A DNA stretch of 64,000 bases. Source: a bacterium. GTDB taxonomy: Bacteria > Patescibacteriota > Minisyncoccia > UBA6257 > WO2-44-18. A program made the translations under genes and the position numbers. Where the stretch lies: positions 84,404 through 148,403 of the forward strand of contig JAUSKF010000004.1 in the NCBI GenBank assembly GCA_030646995.1. Reading direction: 5' to 3'. Below are positions 49,947 to 63,751 of the stretch, piece by piece. Every line of letters begins with the position of its first letter. The first letter of the stretch is position 1. The notes below the pieces were generated by a model. The model saw only the letters and a list, made by a program, of their open reading frames with translations, was not told the origin of the DNA and searched no databases.

Positions 49947-50390
49947 CTATTTTAGAATTTCCTCAAGTTTCTCCGACAAGGCTTCGTTGCTGAGAGTAGT
50001 CGATGCGGGAGCTTTCCTTTCCACCCTTCCAGCCGTGGCCGGCTTTCCCGCCCCGGCGGGTAAACCGGCAACCTCGGCCTGCCCTGGCATAACCCTCGGA
50101 GCCGGCATTTTCACCGGAGGGGTGAGAATCAAGAATCTCAAAATCGGCTTTTTCAACTGGAGGGTTCCATGAATCAATTTCACCTCTGCCGGTTCAGCAG
50201 TAAAATGGCAAAAGCCAAAATACGCAGTAGCATGCTTTTTAATCGAGTAGGCCAAGGTAATGGAAGCTACCGATTTCTGATGAGTAATCTCAGCGCCATT
50301 CTCCTTCAAAACCGAAACTACCTCCTGCTCCGCCTCCGGAGTGTCTAAGAGATAAGAAATTTCGTATTCTTTTCTAGATTCCTCTTTCAT
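49947..50390 (-). CDS. rpsF: 30S ribosomal protein S6
   Basis: YE, LAYSIKK, ILRFL; rpsF-ssb-rpsR order. Confidence 0.92.
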   Translation of the reverse strand: MKEESRKEYEISYLLDTPEAEQEVVSVLKENGAEITHQKSVASITLAYSIKKHATAYFGFCHFTAEPAEVKLIHGTLQLKKPILRFLILTPPVKMPAPRVMPGQAEVAGLPAGAGKPATAGRVERKAPASTTLSNEALSEKLEEILK

Positions 50391-50414
50391 TTTTCTAGTT
50401 AGTAGATATTAGCG

Positions 50415-53400
50415 TTAAGCGACCGCCTCGTCAACTGGCTCTTCATCAGCCAGTACAGCGTTGAAGCCTGTGCCGACCGGAATCAATCGGCCGATGATTA
50501 CGTTCTCTTTCAAGCCACGCAAGCCGTCTACTTTGCCTTCAAGAGCTGCGGCAATCAAAACACGAGCAGTTTCTTGGAAAGAAGCGGCGGACAAGAAGCT
50601 TTCGGTAGACAAAGCAACTTTGGTGATACCCATCAACATCTGCACGGCTTTCGCGGGTTCTTTTCCGGCTTTCTTGATAGCGCGGTTTACCTCCAAGAAC
50701 TTAGATTTCTCCAGCACATCGCCCGGCACAAATTCAGTATCGCCGGATTCTTTTACCTTAACGCGGGAGAACATCTGACGCACGATTACCTCGATATGCT
50801 TGTTGTTGATGCTGGCACCTTCAGACAGGTAGATTCTTTGAATTCCATTGATGATGTATTTCTGAGCCGCCTCTGCGCCCTTCAACGAGAAAATTTCTTT
50901 CAGGTCTAAGTTGCCCTCACAAAGCTGATCTCCTCTCTTTACTTCATCTCCCGGTTTAACAAAGACATCCACCAAACGGGACACAGTGTACTCTTTGGTT
51001 TCTTTTTTGGAATTAACTTTAATAACCTTCGACAAACCTCGGTCTTCGATGGTATCCACGATTCCATCTTCTTCAGCCAAGAAGGCGCGTCCTTTCGGAG
51101 GGCGAGCCTCAAAAATTTCTTCAATACGAGGCAAGCCGTGAGTAATGTCAGATCCGGCAACGCCACCGATGTGGAAAGTTCTCATAGTCAGCTGGGTACC
51201 AGGCTCACCGATAGATTGAGCGGCAACTACACCAACAGCCTGACCAAGCTTGATTGCGCTATTGTTGCCCAAATCGTAACCGTAGCAAGCCGTGCAAACA
51301 CCATACAAAGTCTTGCAGGTAATCGGAGAACGCATTTTCACCGCTTCAATCTTAGACAAATTAACCAATTCAGCCTGCTCGCGATTAATCATTTCTCCTG
51401 CTTTAACCACGGTCTTGCCGTCTACTTTAATGTCTTCCAAGGAAGTACGGGAGAACAAGCGGCTGCCCAAAGTGCTGCCGAATTCCATTCCGTCAGCGCG
51501 ATCAACGGTAATACCCTCTTTGGTTTTGCAGTCCTCTTCACGAACTACCAAATCTTGGGACACGTCCACCAAGCGGCGGGTTAAGTAACCGGCAGAAGCG
51601 GTTTTTAAAGCGGTATCAGTAGAACCTTTACGGGCACCGTGAGTGGAAATGAAATATTCCAACACACCCAAGCCTTCTTTATAAGAAGAACGGATTGGCA
51701 ACTCGATTGGTTCGCCTTTCGGGTTTTGCACCAAACCTTTCATACCGGCCATCTGTACCGGCTGGGACCATGTGCCACGAGCGCCGGAATCAATAATCTG
51801 GTAAACGGAACTTTGCGAATTAAGAGTTTCCGGAACTAATTTAGCAACCTCTCCTTTAATCTTTTCCCAAACTGAAATTACACGGGCGCGGCGTTCGGAA
51901 TCGGTCAGTAAACCTTGCTGATACTGCTCCCGAATTTCCGACACTAAAACTTCCGCCTTTTTCATTAATTCGGGTTTCTGTGGAGGAATCACCAAATCAG
52001 CCATACCCCAGCTGATACCGGATAAAGTCGCGTATTCGAAACCTAAACGCTTGATACCATCAAGCACTTCGGCAGTCTTTTCAATTCCGTATTTGTGAAT
52101 TACAGCGGCGATAAGTTTCGAGAGCTCCTTTTTGCTCATCTTTTTATTCACGAAACCAAAGTCCGGAGGCAAAATCTGATTGAAGATTACGCGACCCAAA
52201 GAAGTGGTTTCCGCGTGAGGAGAACCAATCTTGATTGGAGCGTTAATCGCCAACATATCATGATGCTCGGCGGTAATAGCTTCCTCATTAGTAGAGAAAA
52301 TCTTTCCGGCGCCAACTGCGTCTTCTTTAATATTGGTCAGGTAATAGCAACCCAGAACGATATCTTGAGTCGGCACGGTAATCGGATCTCCGGTAGCCGG
52401 CTTCAGCAAATTAACGCTAGAAAGCATGATTTCTCGGGCTTCTTTTTGAGCCTGCTCGCCCAATGGCAAGTGAACGGCCATCTGGTCACCGTCGAAGTCA
52501 GCGTTAAAAGCGGAGCAAACCAAAGGAGGAATGCGGATAGCCAAATCTTCGGTCAGAACAGGCTGGAAAGCTTGAACACCCAAGCGATGCAAAGTCGGAG
52601 CGCGATTCAAAAGCACTTTGCGTCCCGCGATTACTTCTTCCAAGATTGCCCAGATTTCCGAAGGAGCTTGTTCGATTAAGCGGTTAGCATTGCGGATGTT
52701 GTAGGCCAATCCCCTTTCAATAACTTTATTGATTACAAACGGCTTGAACAATTCCAAGGCCATTTTTTTCGGAAGACCACACTCATTCAACTTCAAATTC
52801 GCGCCGATGACGATAACCGAACGGCCGGAATAATCTACGCGCTTACCCAAAAGGTTTTGGCGGAAACGGCCCTGCTTGCCCTTTAACATGTCCGCCAAAG
52901 AGCGGAGCGGGCGACGCTGGCTCGAAAGCTGTTGTGTTCCGAAGCGGGCGGAATTGTCGATTAAAGCGTCCACGGATTCCTGCAACATACGTTTTTCGTT
53001 GACCACGATTACATCCGGAGCTTTTAATTCCAAAAGCTTCTTCAAGCGGTTATTGCGGTTAATAACGCGGCGATATAAATCATTCAAATCAGAAGTCGCG
53101 TAACGGCCGCCGTCCAAAGCCACCATCGGACGCAAATCCGGAGGCAACACCGGCAAAACGGTCAAAATCATAGAAGCCGGATCAATGCCAGTCTTATAAA
53201 GAGAGGTGGCTAATTTCAAGCGGCGCAAAACCAACCGTTCTTTCAACGGATCTTTCACGGTCTCGGCTTCTTTCTTCATTTCGGAAACCAAAGCTTTCAA
53301 ATCCAAATTGGATAAGATTTTCTGCAAAGCCTCGGCGCCGGTGCCGGCTTGGAAGATATCCGCAAACCGCTTAGACAAATTAACGTATTCAACTTCGGTC

Positions 53401-53963
53401 AAAATCTTACCTACATACAAAGAAGCGATTTCCTTTTTCGCAGCCGACATACCGGCGCGCAATTCTTCCGTCTTCACGCCTTCTTTGCGGGCAGATTTCT
53501 TACGAGTAGAAAATTCTTTTTCCAAATCCTCCATCACCCGCTTTTTCGCGTCTTCTTTTACTGCAGTAATGATGTAAGAAGCGTAATAAATAACCTTCTC
53601 CAATTTCATTATCGGAGTGTCCAAAAGCACGCCAATCTTAGATGGGACGTTCTTGAAGAACCAAATGTGAGCTACCGGAGCGGCCAACTTGATGTGACCC
53701 ATTCTTTCGCGGCGCACAATCGCGCGGGTAACTTCTACTCCGCACTTGTCGCAAACCACATTCTTATAGCGAATACGGCGATATTTACCGCAATAACATT
53801 CCCAATCCTTAGTCGGACCGAAAATACGCTCGGAGAAAAGACCGTCTTTTTCCGGACGCTGGGTGCGGTAGTTGATGGTTTCCGGTTTGATGATTTCACC
53901 GAAAGACCATTTCAGAATGTCTTCAGCAGAGGCGAGTTTTAATTTAATGGCTTGAAAGTTCAT
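50415..53963 (-). CDS. rpoC: RNA polymerase beta-prime subunit
   Basis: [16 protein letters not shown]. Confidence 0.99.
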   Translation of the reverse strand: MNFQAIKLKLASAEDILKWSFGEIIKPETINYRTQRPEKDGLFSERIFGPTKDWECYCGKYRRIRYKNVVCDKCGVEVTRAIVRRERMGHIKLAAPVAHIWFFKNVPSKIGVLLDTPIMKLEKVIYYASYIITAVKEDAKKRVMEDLEKEFSTRKKSARKEGVKTEELRAGMSAAKKEIASLYVGKILTEVEYVNLSKRFADIFQAGTGAEALQKILSNLDLKALVSEMKKEAETVKDPLKERLVLRRLKLATSLYKTGIDPASMILTVLPVLPPDLRPMVALDGGRYATSDLNDLYRRVINRNNRLKKLLELKAPDVIVVNEKRMLQESVDALIDNSARFGTQQLSSQRRPLRSLADMLKGKQGRFRQNLLGKRVDYSGRSVIVIGANLKLNECGLPKKMALELFKPFVINKVIERGLAYNIRNANRLIEQAPSEIWAILEEVIAGRKVLLNRAPTLHRLGVQAFQPVLTEDLAIRIPPLVCSAFNADFDGDQMAVHLPLGEQAQKEAREIMLSSVNLLKPATGDPITVPTQDIVLGCYYLTNIKEDAVGAGKIFSTNEEAITAEHHDMLAINAPIKIGSPHAETTSLGRVIFNQILPPDFGFVNKKMSKKELSKLIAAVIHKYGIEKTAEVLDGIKRLGFEYATLSGISWGMADLVIPPQKPELMKKAEVLVSEIREQYQQGLLTDSERRARVISVWEKIKGEVAKLVPETLNSQSSVYQIIDSGARGTWSQPVQMAGMKGLVQNPKGEPIELPIRSSYKEGLGVLEYFISTHGARKGSTDTALKTASAGYLTRRLVDVSQDLVVREEDCKTKEGITVDRADGMEFGSTLGSRLFSRTSLEDIKVDGKTVVKAGEMINREQAELVNLSKIEAVKMRSPITCKTLYGVCTACYGYDLGNNSAIKLGQAVGVVAAQSIGEPGTQLTMRTFHIGGVAGSDITHGLPRIEEIFEARPPKGRAFLAEEDGIVDTIEDRGLSKVIKVNSKKETKEYTVSRLVDVFVKPGDEVKRGDQLCEGNLDLKEIFSLKGAEAAQKYIINGIQRIYLSEGASINNKHIEVIVRQMFSRVKVKESGDTEFVPGDVLEKSKFLEVNRAIKKAGKEPAKAVQMLMGITKVALSTESFLSAASFQETARVLIAAALEGKVDGLRGLKENVIIGRLIPVGTGFNAVLADEEPVDEAVA

Positions 53964-53973
53964 GTTTTTGTAG

Positions 53974-57180
<3,207 letters not shown>

Positions 57181-57440
57181 TAGGTGGTTATTATTTTTTA
57201 GGGTGACGTTTATATTAATGGCGACCCTGTCTAACCATTTTGGTTATTAAATTTTATTAAAATTGCGTCTTTCTTCCGCATGACTCTTCTACGGGGCTTG
57301 CCCCGCACCTTATTGCGTCATAGGCAGGCAAACTTCACGTCATAGAAAAGGTGCGGGGTCAAATTCAGAAAAACGCCAAAACCCAAACCACGCTTTTTAC
57401 CGATTTGAGCGTAGCTTATGGATTTCTTTAATTAGTTAAT

Positions 57441-57469
57441 AGTGTATACCCGTTGACAAAAATTGTCAA
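57441..57469 (-). promoter_or_regulatory. rpoBC promoter with a palindrome over the -35
   Basis: TTGACA-17-TACACT; TTGACA-N5-TGTCAA dyad. Confidence 0.65.
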
Positions 57470-57672
57470 GGGTGCGTTGGGGTGTGCCCGGTGCTACAAC
57501 AAATATGACCTAAGCACAAACCTCTATTTTCCACACAAACTTGCCGAAAGCTACTCTAATCTAGCCTGTTGGTTGTAGCACCGGGTGTGGATAACTCCCC
57601 TTGACCGCACTTGGCACTTTCGGGCGATCACTTCTCGGAAACGGCATAATTTGCTTCCAGCGAGCAAATTTA

Positions 57673-57732
57673 CCTCTCCCTCGGCGATTTGTCCCTAATG
57701 AGCCAATCCAAATCGCCTGCGGCATGTTCCTC
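57673..57732 (-). repeat. Structured repeat family A, copy 3
   Basis: AGGAACATGCCGCAG-GCGATTTG-GATTGG...CAAATCGC-CGAGGGAGAGG. Confidence 0.7.
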
Positions 57733-57907
57733 CAAGTAATCCGCCCTACGGCCAAGAGCAGTCTGCGTTGGTGCTGGTTGGGGAAATAAAAAATCCTATT
57801 CGCGCAGGGCTACGCCTCGGAATCGAGTCCGGAGTTTGGAACAGGGGCTCGCTAAGTTAGAAATCCGCCCACGCCACTTCGTTCACGAGATTCAGCCAAG
57901 CCTCAAT

Positions 57908-60283
57908 TTAAAATCCTGAAGGATAAGGCAAAGACCTTATATAGTCTTCCATAAATTGCCAATCAGGATTATCGCTCTTACCAATGGGAAGTTTAATTTT
58001 TTCGAAAGGCAATCTCATAAGCCTTACTTGTCTGCCATAGGCATACTTATACTTCAATTTACTTAGTATAGTTACCAAAAATAAAGAGCTGAATTTACTA
58101 AGCTCAAAGTCAATCGGAATAAGCGTGTGCACATTGTCGTCGCTGAAATATTTATAGTCATGATAAAAAACATTAAAAAACATATCGACGGTTATTTTAT
58201 TTTGAAATATCTTCTTCTTGCCTTGGAACTCCTCCAAAGAAATGTATTCGGAAACACCGTTGTTATTTTCTCCAGCTGTTATTAGTGGGATCTCGCCATC
58301 TATACGATCGGGCTTTGTCAATCTCTCCCCTTTCTCAAAGCGAAATAGATCACCCAAGCCAAACACTCTCCAACTGCGAGTATCTATTAATTGCTCCTTC
58401 TTAGTAGAATCTTTATTTTTTAACAAGAACTCAGCCATTTCGCTTTTCCCGTTTTTAAATAAAAACGCAGCTACATTCACTGTATTTTGAATAAATTCTA
58501 ATCCACTAATTCTTGAGAAATCAGTCTCGAGATACGCCTCAGCGCACCACTCATCATCTTTGGTGATCTTTTTAAGAACACAAAAACCAGGAATTTCTTT
58601 TTTCCCGTAAAAAGCCGCCAACCATGCTTCTCTTATATCTCGCCATTTGTCGGTAGCGACCCTGCCATCCCTTTTATCTTTTCTAAAACCATCATTTTTC
58701 CAATATCCGAACCAGCTCTCGTGATGCTCGTCGCTATCATGTGGGGTATGAGCCGTAAAAACCATAATACAAGTAACGGTTCCGATGGGGTAAAATAGGT
58801 CATCCGGCATACTCATCACCGCTTCTAATCTATGCTCGCTGAGAAGTTTTTCACGAAGTGGATGCTTGGTATCGATCGCTAGAGACATTGGCACAATTAC
58901 TATCCCCGTCGCGTTCTTACTCAACCCATCAAGCATGCGAATGACGAAATCCCACTCATGCAAATTGTCACCTTTTTGTGAATATGGTGGGTTCATAAAA
59001 CCCGCGTTCGCTTTATTTTTAATTTTATTGAAAAGAACGTCATCGAAACATGAACCTTGATAAAGATTAGTCTTCCCATCACCTCGCAAGATCATGTTCG
59101 AAACAGCTAGAGCAAACATTTGGGGTTCTTGCTCGATGCCAATAAGGGAGTTGGATAGTATTCTTCTTTTCTCTTCCGCCGAAACTTTTCCAGTCATTTT
59201 TTTCATCGCCGATATCAGAAAACCGCCAGTTCCGGCGCATATATCAAGAACGACTGAATTCTTGTCTAGTTTTGCCAACTCTGAGAATAAGTCGGTGATA
59301 TGTTTTGGGGTTAGAACAATACCAAGACCCTTACCATCACCTCCGGTATAACGAATAAATTCACCATAAAAATTGCCTATGATGTCAAAATCATAGTGAT
59401 CTTTGGTGAAGGGCTGAACGTGCATTTGTAAATCTCTGATTATGTGTAGTAAAGGGGATTCGTTTTTCTTGGCGTCAATCTTTTGTAACTCAGGATGGTG
59501 TGCTATAAAACTAAACGCGTTTACAACTGCTTTCTTCTTAGCTTCATGCGTGTCTCCAAGCTCCGCTTTATCTATAATCTTTTTTAAAGAATTAAATGTC
59601 TCGTTGGCCAATTCTTCTCCTTCGTATTTCTTGTATGCAACCTCAAAACCCTTATCCATGAGAGCTAATAAAACACCGCTAACTAGCAATGGCTTTTGGG
59701 CTTCAGTAATCTTCGCATAATCGCGCATGTAATCATGCAACTCCCGGGAAAAACGCATTAGATCAGAATGCCGGGACTTTGCTAACGCAGGATCAAATTT
59801 CGCACGCTCAATATACCTATTCCAAGGCAGTATTTTCTCGATTTTTCTATTATTTTCATCTAATAAATCTGTATAGGTAGAAGAGTTTTTAGGATATAAA
59901 TATGTACTTACTTTGTAATCACTTTCATCTTCGCCGCTAATACCAATGGCAATAACATTAAATTCCCGGGCCAGGTGACTACCATACAAAAGAGCGCCAT
60001 CAACTGCATAATCCTTGTACTGATCCCTGCTTTTTGATTCGTGATATTTTAAATCCGCTTTGCATTCGATGATTAGTAAAAAATCATTGTCGTCTTTTTT
60101 CCTAACAATAAACTCCGGCTTTCCCGATCCTAAACCAGACTTACTGGCATTTTTTAGTAATTTTTGGATTGTGGGATTGTCGCTTTTTTGTTCTTCAACA
60201 ACAAATTCTGCATTATCAAAAATACCCGCCTTTGTCAGAAGTTTACGAGATAGGTTTTCGGTTTTTTTCTCGTTCTTAGTCAT
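57908..60283 (-). CDS. Type IIG/BcgI-like restriction-modification fusion (endonuclease, N6-adenine MTase, one TRD)
   Basis: PEF..IECK, DICAGTGGF, NPPY, C-terminal TRD-like domain; AT-rich. Confidence 0.85.
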   Translation of the reverse strand: MTKNEKKTENLSRKLLTKAGIFDNAEFVVEEQKSDNPTIQKLLKNASKSGLGSGKPEFIVRKKDDNDFLLIIECKADLKYHESKSRDQYKDYAVDGALLYGSHLAREFNVIAIGISGEDESDYKVSTYLYPKNSSTYTDLLDENNRKIEKILPWNRYIERAKFDPALAKSRHSDLMRFSRELHDYMRDYAKITEAQKPLLVSGVLLALMDKGFEVAYKKYEGEELANETFNSLKKIIDKAELGDTHEAKKKAVVNAFSFIAHHPELQKIDAKKNESPLLHIIRDLQMHVQPFTKDHYDFDIIGNFYGEFIRYTGGDGKGLGIVLTPKHITDLFSELAKLDKNSVVLDICAGTGGFLISAMKKMTGKVSAEEKRRILSNSLIGIEQEPQMFALAVSNMILRGDGKTNLYQGSCFDDVLFNKIKNKANAGFMNPPYSQKGDNLHEWDFVIRMLDGLSKNATGIVIVPMSLAIDTKHPLREKLLSEHRLEAVMSMPDDLFYPIGTVTCIMVFTAHTPHDSDEHHESWFGYWKNDGFRKDKRDGRVATDKWRDIREAWLAAFYGKKEIPGFCVLKKITKDDEWCAEAYLETDFSRISGLEFIQNTVNVAAFLFKNGKSEMAEFLLKNKDSTKKEQLIDTRSWRVFGLGDLFRFEKGERLTKPDRIDGEIPLITAGENNNGVSEYISLEEFQGKKKIFQNKITVDMFFNVFYHDYKYFSDDNVHTLIPIDFELSKFSSLFLVTILSKLKYKYAYGRQVRLMRLPFEKIKLPIGKSDNPDWQFMEDYIRSLPYPSGF

Positions 60284-60478
60284 GGAAAACCCCCAAAGCA
60301 GTAAAAGCAAAATTATCTCCTATTGTTTGATTATATCATCTTCGCTTATATCGAAAACGGAAAAGAGTAAATAATACATATAGCAAAGCTATGCCGAGAA
60401 AGCTCCTCAGGGCGTGGATCCAATCCTCGCCCTAGCCGCCTTCTTCCATTTTACTCTCTAGGTTAGTAAATTCCTTTC

Positions 60479-61618
60479 CTACTTTATCGCCTTAATGAAA
60501 CTGATTAGTGCCTCGGTTGCTTCCGCGAGATCTATTGAAACTGGAACATCAATACCATGTGCAATATCGTGCCTTAGTCTAGTAATGGGCGTGATTGGAT
60601 CCTTTTTATTATCGGCTTTGCAGATTCGGCCTACTTTCTTTGATTTAAAATAAGCATTGAACATATACTCGTCAAAATCAGTGTAAGTATCACCTGTGTA
60701 CCTACCACTTTTTTCTTCACGGCGCTTTAAATATTCATATAATTCTAAATAGTAACTCTCGCTCGCTACTCCAAAAATGAGGTAATTAATCTCACCATCT
60801 GACTTATAAGGAAGCACCCCTACGCCATCCATTCTTTTCACGGCGGTCGCATCCTTCTTGGTATCATCGCGATATATTTGGTAAATTGCCTGCCCCTTAC
60901 CCAGCTCTATAAAATATGGATCATGGGTCGTAATAAGAACTTTCGCGCCCGGCCTTTGAGAAAGCTTAAAGAGGGCACCATATAAGCTCTTTTTCCATTT
61001 TGGATGTAGGTATGCTTCTGGCTCTTCGAAAACTATTAAAATTTTCTCTTCTTCTCTAATCTCTCTTTCGGCGTAGTACCGAATAAGCGCTGCAACTATG
61101 AGACGCTGCGCGCCCATTCCAATTTTTTCAAAATCCACCTCACCAACTTTTGTTTTATATAAATCTTTTACGAAGGCTTTTATCAGCTTAATAATCAAAT
61201 CTTCCTTAAAACTATCCTCGGATATCTTCAGATCAAACTCCTTCTTCTCCAAACCAAAATCATTCAAAATCCTATTTACTCCGCCAACAAATTCTTTTTT
61301 CGCTTTAGACGTTTCAAATTTATTCGCTAAATCCTTAAGCATACTTTTATCGAAAATCGGGCCGAGGATAAGCTTTAGGAGCTTAAAAAAATCAGTCGTT
61401 GTTGCGGAGGTCTTTGTTTCTTCGTTCTGTGGCTGAGTATTCTCTGCGGGAATAAAAATAGGCTCATATTCTCCCATTGCTTCATGATCCATAATTGCCT
61501 TAACTAAGCTTGTTTTTCCGCTATTATTCTCGCCAGCCAAAATTGTGTAATTTCCCAACTCTAATATTATTTCCTCGGTGATACTCGTCCCATCTTGCTT
61601 AGGTATAGTAAGTTTCAT
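60479..61618 (-). CDS. ABC-type ATPase with C-terminal HEPN-like domain
   Basis: GENNSGKT, GMGAQR, FEEPEAYLHP, TTH, RHDIAH (Rx4H). Confidence 0.75.
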   Translation of the reverse strand: MKLTIPKQDGTSITEEIILELGNYTILAGENNSGKTSLVKAIMDHEAMGEYEPIFIPAENTQPQNEETKTSATTTDFFKLLKLILGPIFDKSMLKDLANKFETSKAKKEFVGGVNRILNDFGLEKKEFDLKISEDSFKEDLIIKLIKAFVKDLYKTKVGEVDFEKIGMGAQRLIVAALIRYYAEREIREEEKILIVFEEPEAYLHPKWKKSLYGALFKLSQRPGAKVLITTHDPYFIELGKGQAIYQIYRDDTKKDATAVKRMDGVGVLPYKSDGEINYLIFGVASESYYLELYEYLKRREEKSGRYTGDTYTDFDEYMFNAYFKSKKVGRICKADNKKDPITPITRLRHDIAHGIDVPVSIDLAEATEALISFIKAIK

Positions 61619-61619
61619 T

Positions 61620-62882
61620 TTATTGAGCTTCATGTGCCCCGCTGCCATCTTCTAATTCCAAAGTTTTTATCTGTGGTAAAGAAACTAAACCGCTTAAATC
61701 CCCATACATGCCTACTGTGTTCGTAATTACTTTTTGAATTTGCTTTTCTCTCTCAGACCAAATCTTTTCATATGCCAGTCGTTCTTTTCTTAAACCTTCA
61801 CCCATATTAGTGAAAGCCTCAACGATTGCCTCTACCCTCTGCCTAAACTCCACGCCAGTTAAATAACTGTAAAGTACTTCCATCTTTTCATTCTTGCCAA
61901 CCGACATTGCCCTCTCCCTCGTGACTGCTTCTAAATTCATTCGTATGGCCGTAGCTAAAGCTATAGAAAGCTTCGTGTCGCAAATCCAAACTCCGTCTCG
62001 AAAAATAAATCCCTTCACCCCCTCCGGCAAAACCGCAGAAACAATCACTGCTACATCAGCCTTAATCGCTCTTTGATCATCTTTTAACTTCTGAATCCAT
62101 CCCTCGCTCCAAGCCTTGGTTTTTTTAGATTCCCAAACAATTTTTCCGCATAATCGACCGCCACGATCCAAAACTTTCTGAATAACATCGGCGCCGGTAA
62201 CTCCTTTGGGGACTGGCAAAATTTCATCAATCGGAAATTCAGATCTCAGTATTTCTTCAAGTTCCAATTCCAGAACCTCGCCCTGAGTTTGCTGCGATCC
62301 TTGTTCTAGCTTGCGCATCAAATCAGCGTTCGCTTTCGTAACGTCCGAGATTTTTTTATTCAGTTCGGCAATTTTATACCAACTTTCCTCTACGGCCTTT
62401 TTATTAGCTTCTTCTGATATCTTTTTTCGTTCCTCATCTAATTGCCTCTGCTTCTCTAGTTCAAAGTTCTTTTTGTCCTCTTCAAGTTTATTCTTCTCTT
62501 TGCGTAGCCGTAACTCATTTCCATTCGCTTCCTCTAACTTTTTATCCTTTTCTTTGAGCTGTTCATCTAAAAATTTTAATTCAGACAACTTTTGCTTTTC
62601 TGCCTCAGCTTGAGCCTGCTTCCGCAAAGCAGGTTTCTCAGCGGCAATCTTTTCGTTTACTTTCCTGTTAACCTCCGCTTGCGAGTTTTGTTGAGCCTCT
62701 AATAATTTGACCTGCCCGGCTTCTAATTCTTTTCTCTGTGTAGTAATTTCGGCTTCTTTTAGCCTGCTTTCTTCGCCAAATTCTTTTTTTAATTTTTCTT
62801 TTATTTGATGAGTCAAAACCTCATCCATCGAAAATAACGCACGGCATTTCGGACACTCAATTTTTTGCCCTGGGGTTTCCAT
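61620..62882 (-). CDS. DUF2130 family coiled-coil protein
   Basis: IECPKC, coiled coil, GSQQTQGEVLE, GAD, WESK.TK.W. Confidence 0.85.
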   Translation of the reverse strand: METPGQKIECPKCRALFSMDEVLTHQIKEKLKKEFGEESRLKEAEITTQRKELEAGQVKLLEAQQNSQAEVNRKVNEKIAAEKPALRKQAQAEAEKQKLSELKFLDEQLKEKDKKLEEANGNELRLRKEKNKLEEDKKNFELEKQRQLDEERKKISEEANKKAVEESWYKIAELNKKISDVTKANADLMRKLEQGSQQTQGEVLELELEEILRSEFPIDEILPVPKGVTGADVIQKVLDRGGRLCGKIVWESKKTKAWSEGWIQKLKDDQRAIKADVAVIVSAVLPEGVKGFIFRDGVWICDTKLSIALATAIRMNLEAVTRERAMSVGKNEKMEVLYSYLTGVEFRQRVEAIVEAFTNMGEGLRKERLAYEKIWSEREKQIQKVITNTVGMYGDLSGLVSLPQIKTLELEDGSGAHEAQ

Positions 62883-63007
62883 TTTGATTTTAATTGTTAC
62901 TGATTCTACCAGAAAATCTGGTATACAGGAACTCGCTGCGCCCCAGGAAGGAATCAAGTCTTCGGGAAATAAAAAGCCCCGCTTATTAGGCGGGGCCACT
63001 TTCTTAC

Positions 63008-63403
63008 TTAACCACCTAGGACGGGATAGTGCTGCTGATGGACGTGGTACTTGAATCCATGGAACTCGCTGATGTAAATCTTGTTCACCATATCGCCGCA
63101 TCGTTTTTCGGGTTGGCCAACTTCGATGCACAGATCACTGAACGGAATCTCGGGGAATGCTTCCCGCGCAAGCGCGATTAACTGACTCATCTTCGGAAGC
63201 ATTGCCAGCGATCGCGGACCCGCAACTGCGACGAAGGTGATTTCCACAACTCGCGCCGAATCCTTGAACTCGGTCATCACTGCCGTCGTCTTTGTGTCTT
63301 CCGCTTTCCCATTGGCCGACATGAGATGCGACAAATCCTTCGTCGCATTCACTTCCCGAGCTTTTTTCCACGCCGCCTTCAACTCCGGACTTGCGCCTTT
63401 CAT
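63008..63403 (-). CDS. Hypothetical orphan protein
   Basis: AAGGAGG SD, promoter TTGCTT-17-TATTAT, terminator 62971-62997. Confidence 0.65.
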   Translation of the reverse strand: MKGASPELKAAWKKAREVNATKDLSHLMSANGKAEDTKTTAVMTEFKDSARVVEITFVAVAGPRSLAMLPKMSQLIALAREAFPEIPFSDLCIEVGQPEKRCGDMVNKIYISEFHGFKYHVHQQHYPVLGG

Positions 63404-63539
63404 GGCCAACCTCCTTAATTGGGCTTAGCAGATAATAGCACGAATTAACCTGAAAAGCAACTATCTTTGGCCAGAGTCCACTATTGCCCTGCTGTGGACA
63501 AATTCGTTGACTATTGCGGAAATTCTGCTATATTTTAGG

Positions 63540-63592
63540 TATTAGGGCTTCGGCCTCCGAGGACCCCGCAGAAATGCGGGGTCCGATTTTTT
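63540..63592 (+). ncRNA. Candidate small RNA a
   Basis: TTGACT promoter; GGC-TTCG-GCC and GGACCCCGCA-GAAA-TGCGGGGTCC plus T run. Confidence 0.4.
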
Positions 63593-63709
63593 ATAATGAC
63601 TCTTTCCATATCGCTTTGAGAACTTTGAATTCTTCCTCGCCCAGAACCACCGCTGACCTTCTGTGGAAAAAGCACTTGACTATGCAGGCCTGCGGGTATA
63701 TAGTCTTAA

Positions 63710-63751
63710 TTGTAAAGGGTGTCCCAGGTGTGGGCGCCCCCTTTGCTTTTT
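63710..63751 (+). ncRNA. Candidate small RNA b, convergent with DUF3800
   Basis: TTGACT-17-TATAGT; bulged hairpin GTAAAGGG...CCCTTTGC plus T run. Confidence 0.45.

Noticed and set aside
57520-57600. Replication origin
   Set aside because: Only one perfect DnaA box, no dnaA, and no switch in gene strand
62883-63131. ORF-track extension of DUF2130
   Set aside because: It overlaps another gene and its terminator; the family-like sequence begins at 62882
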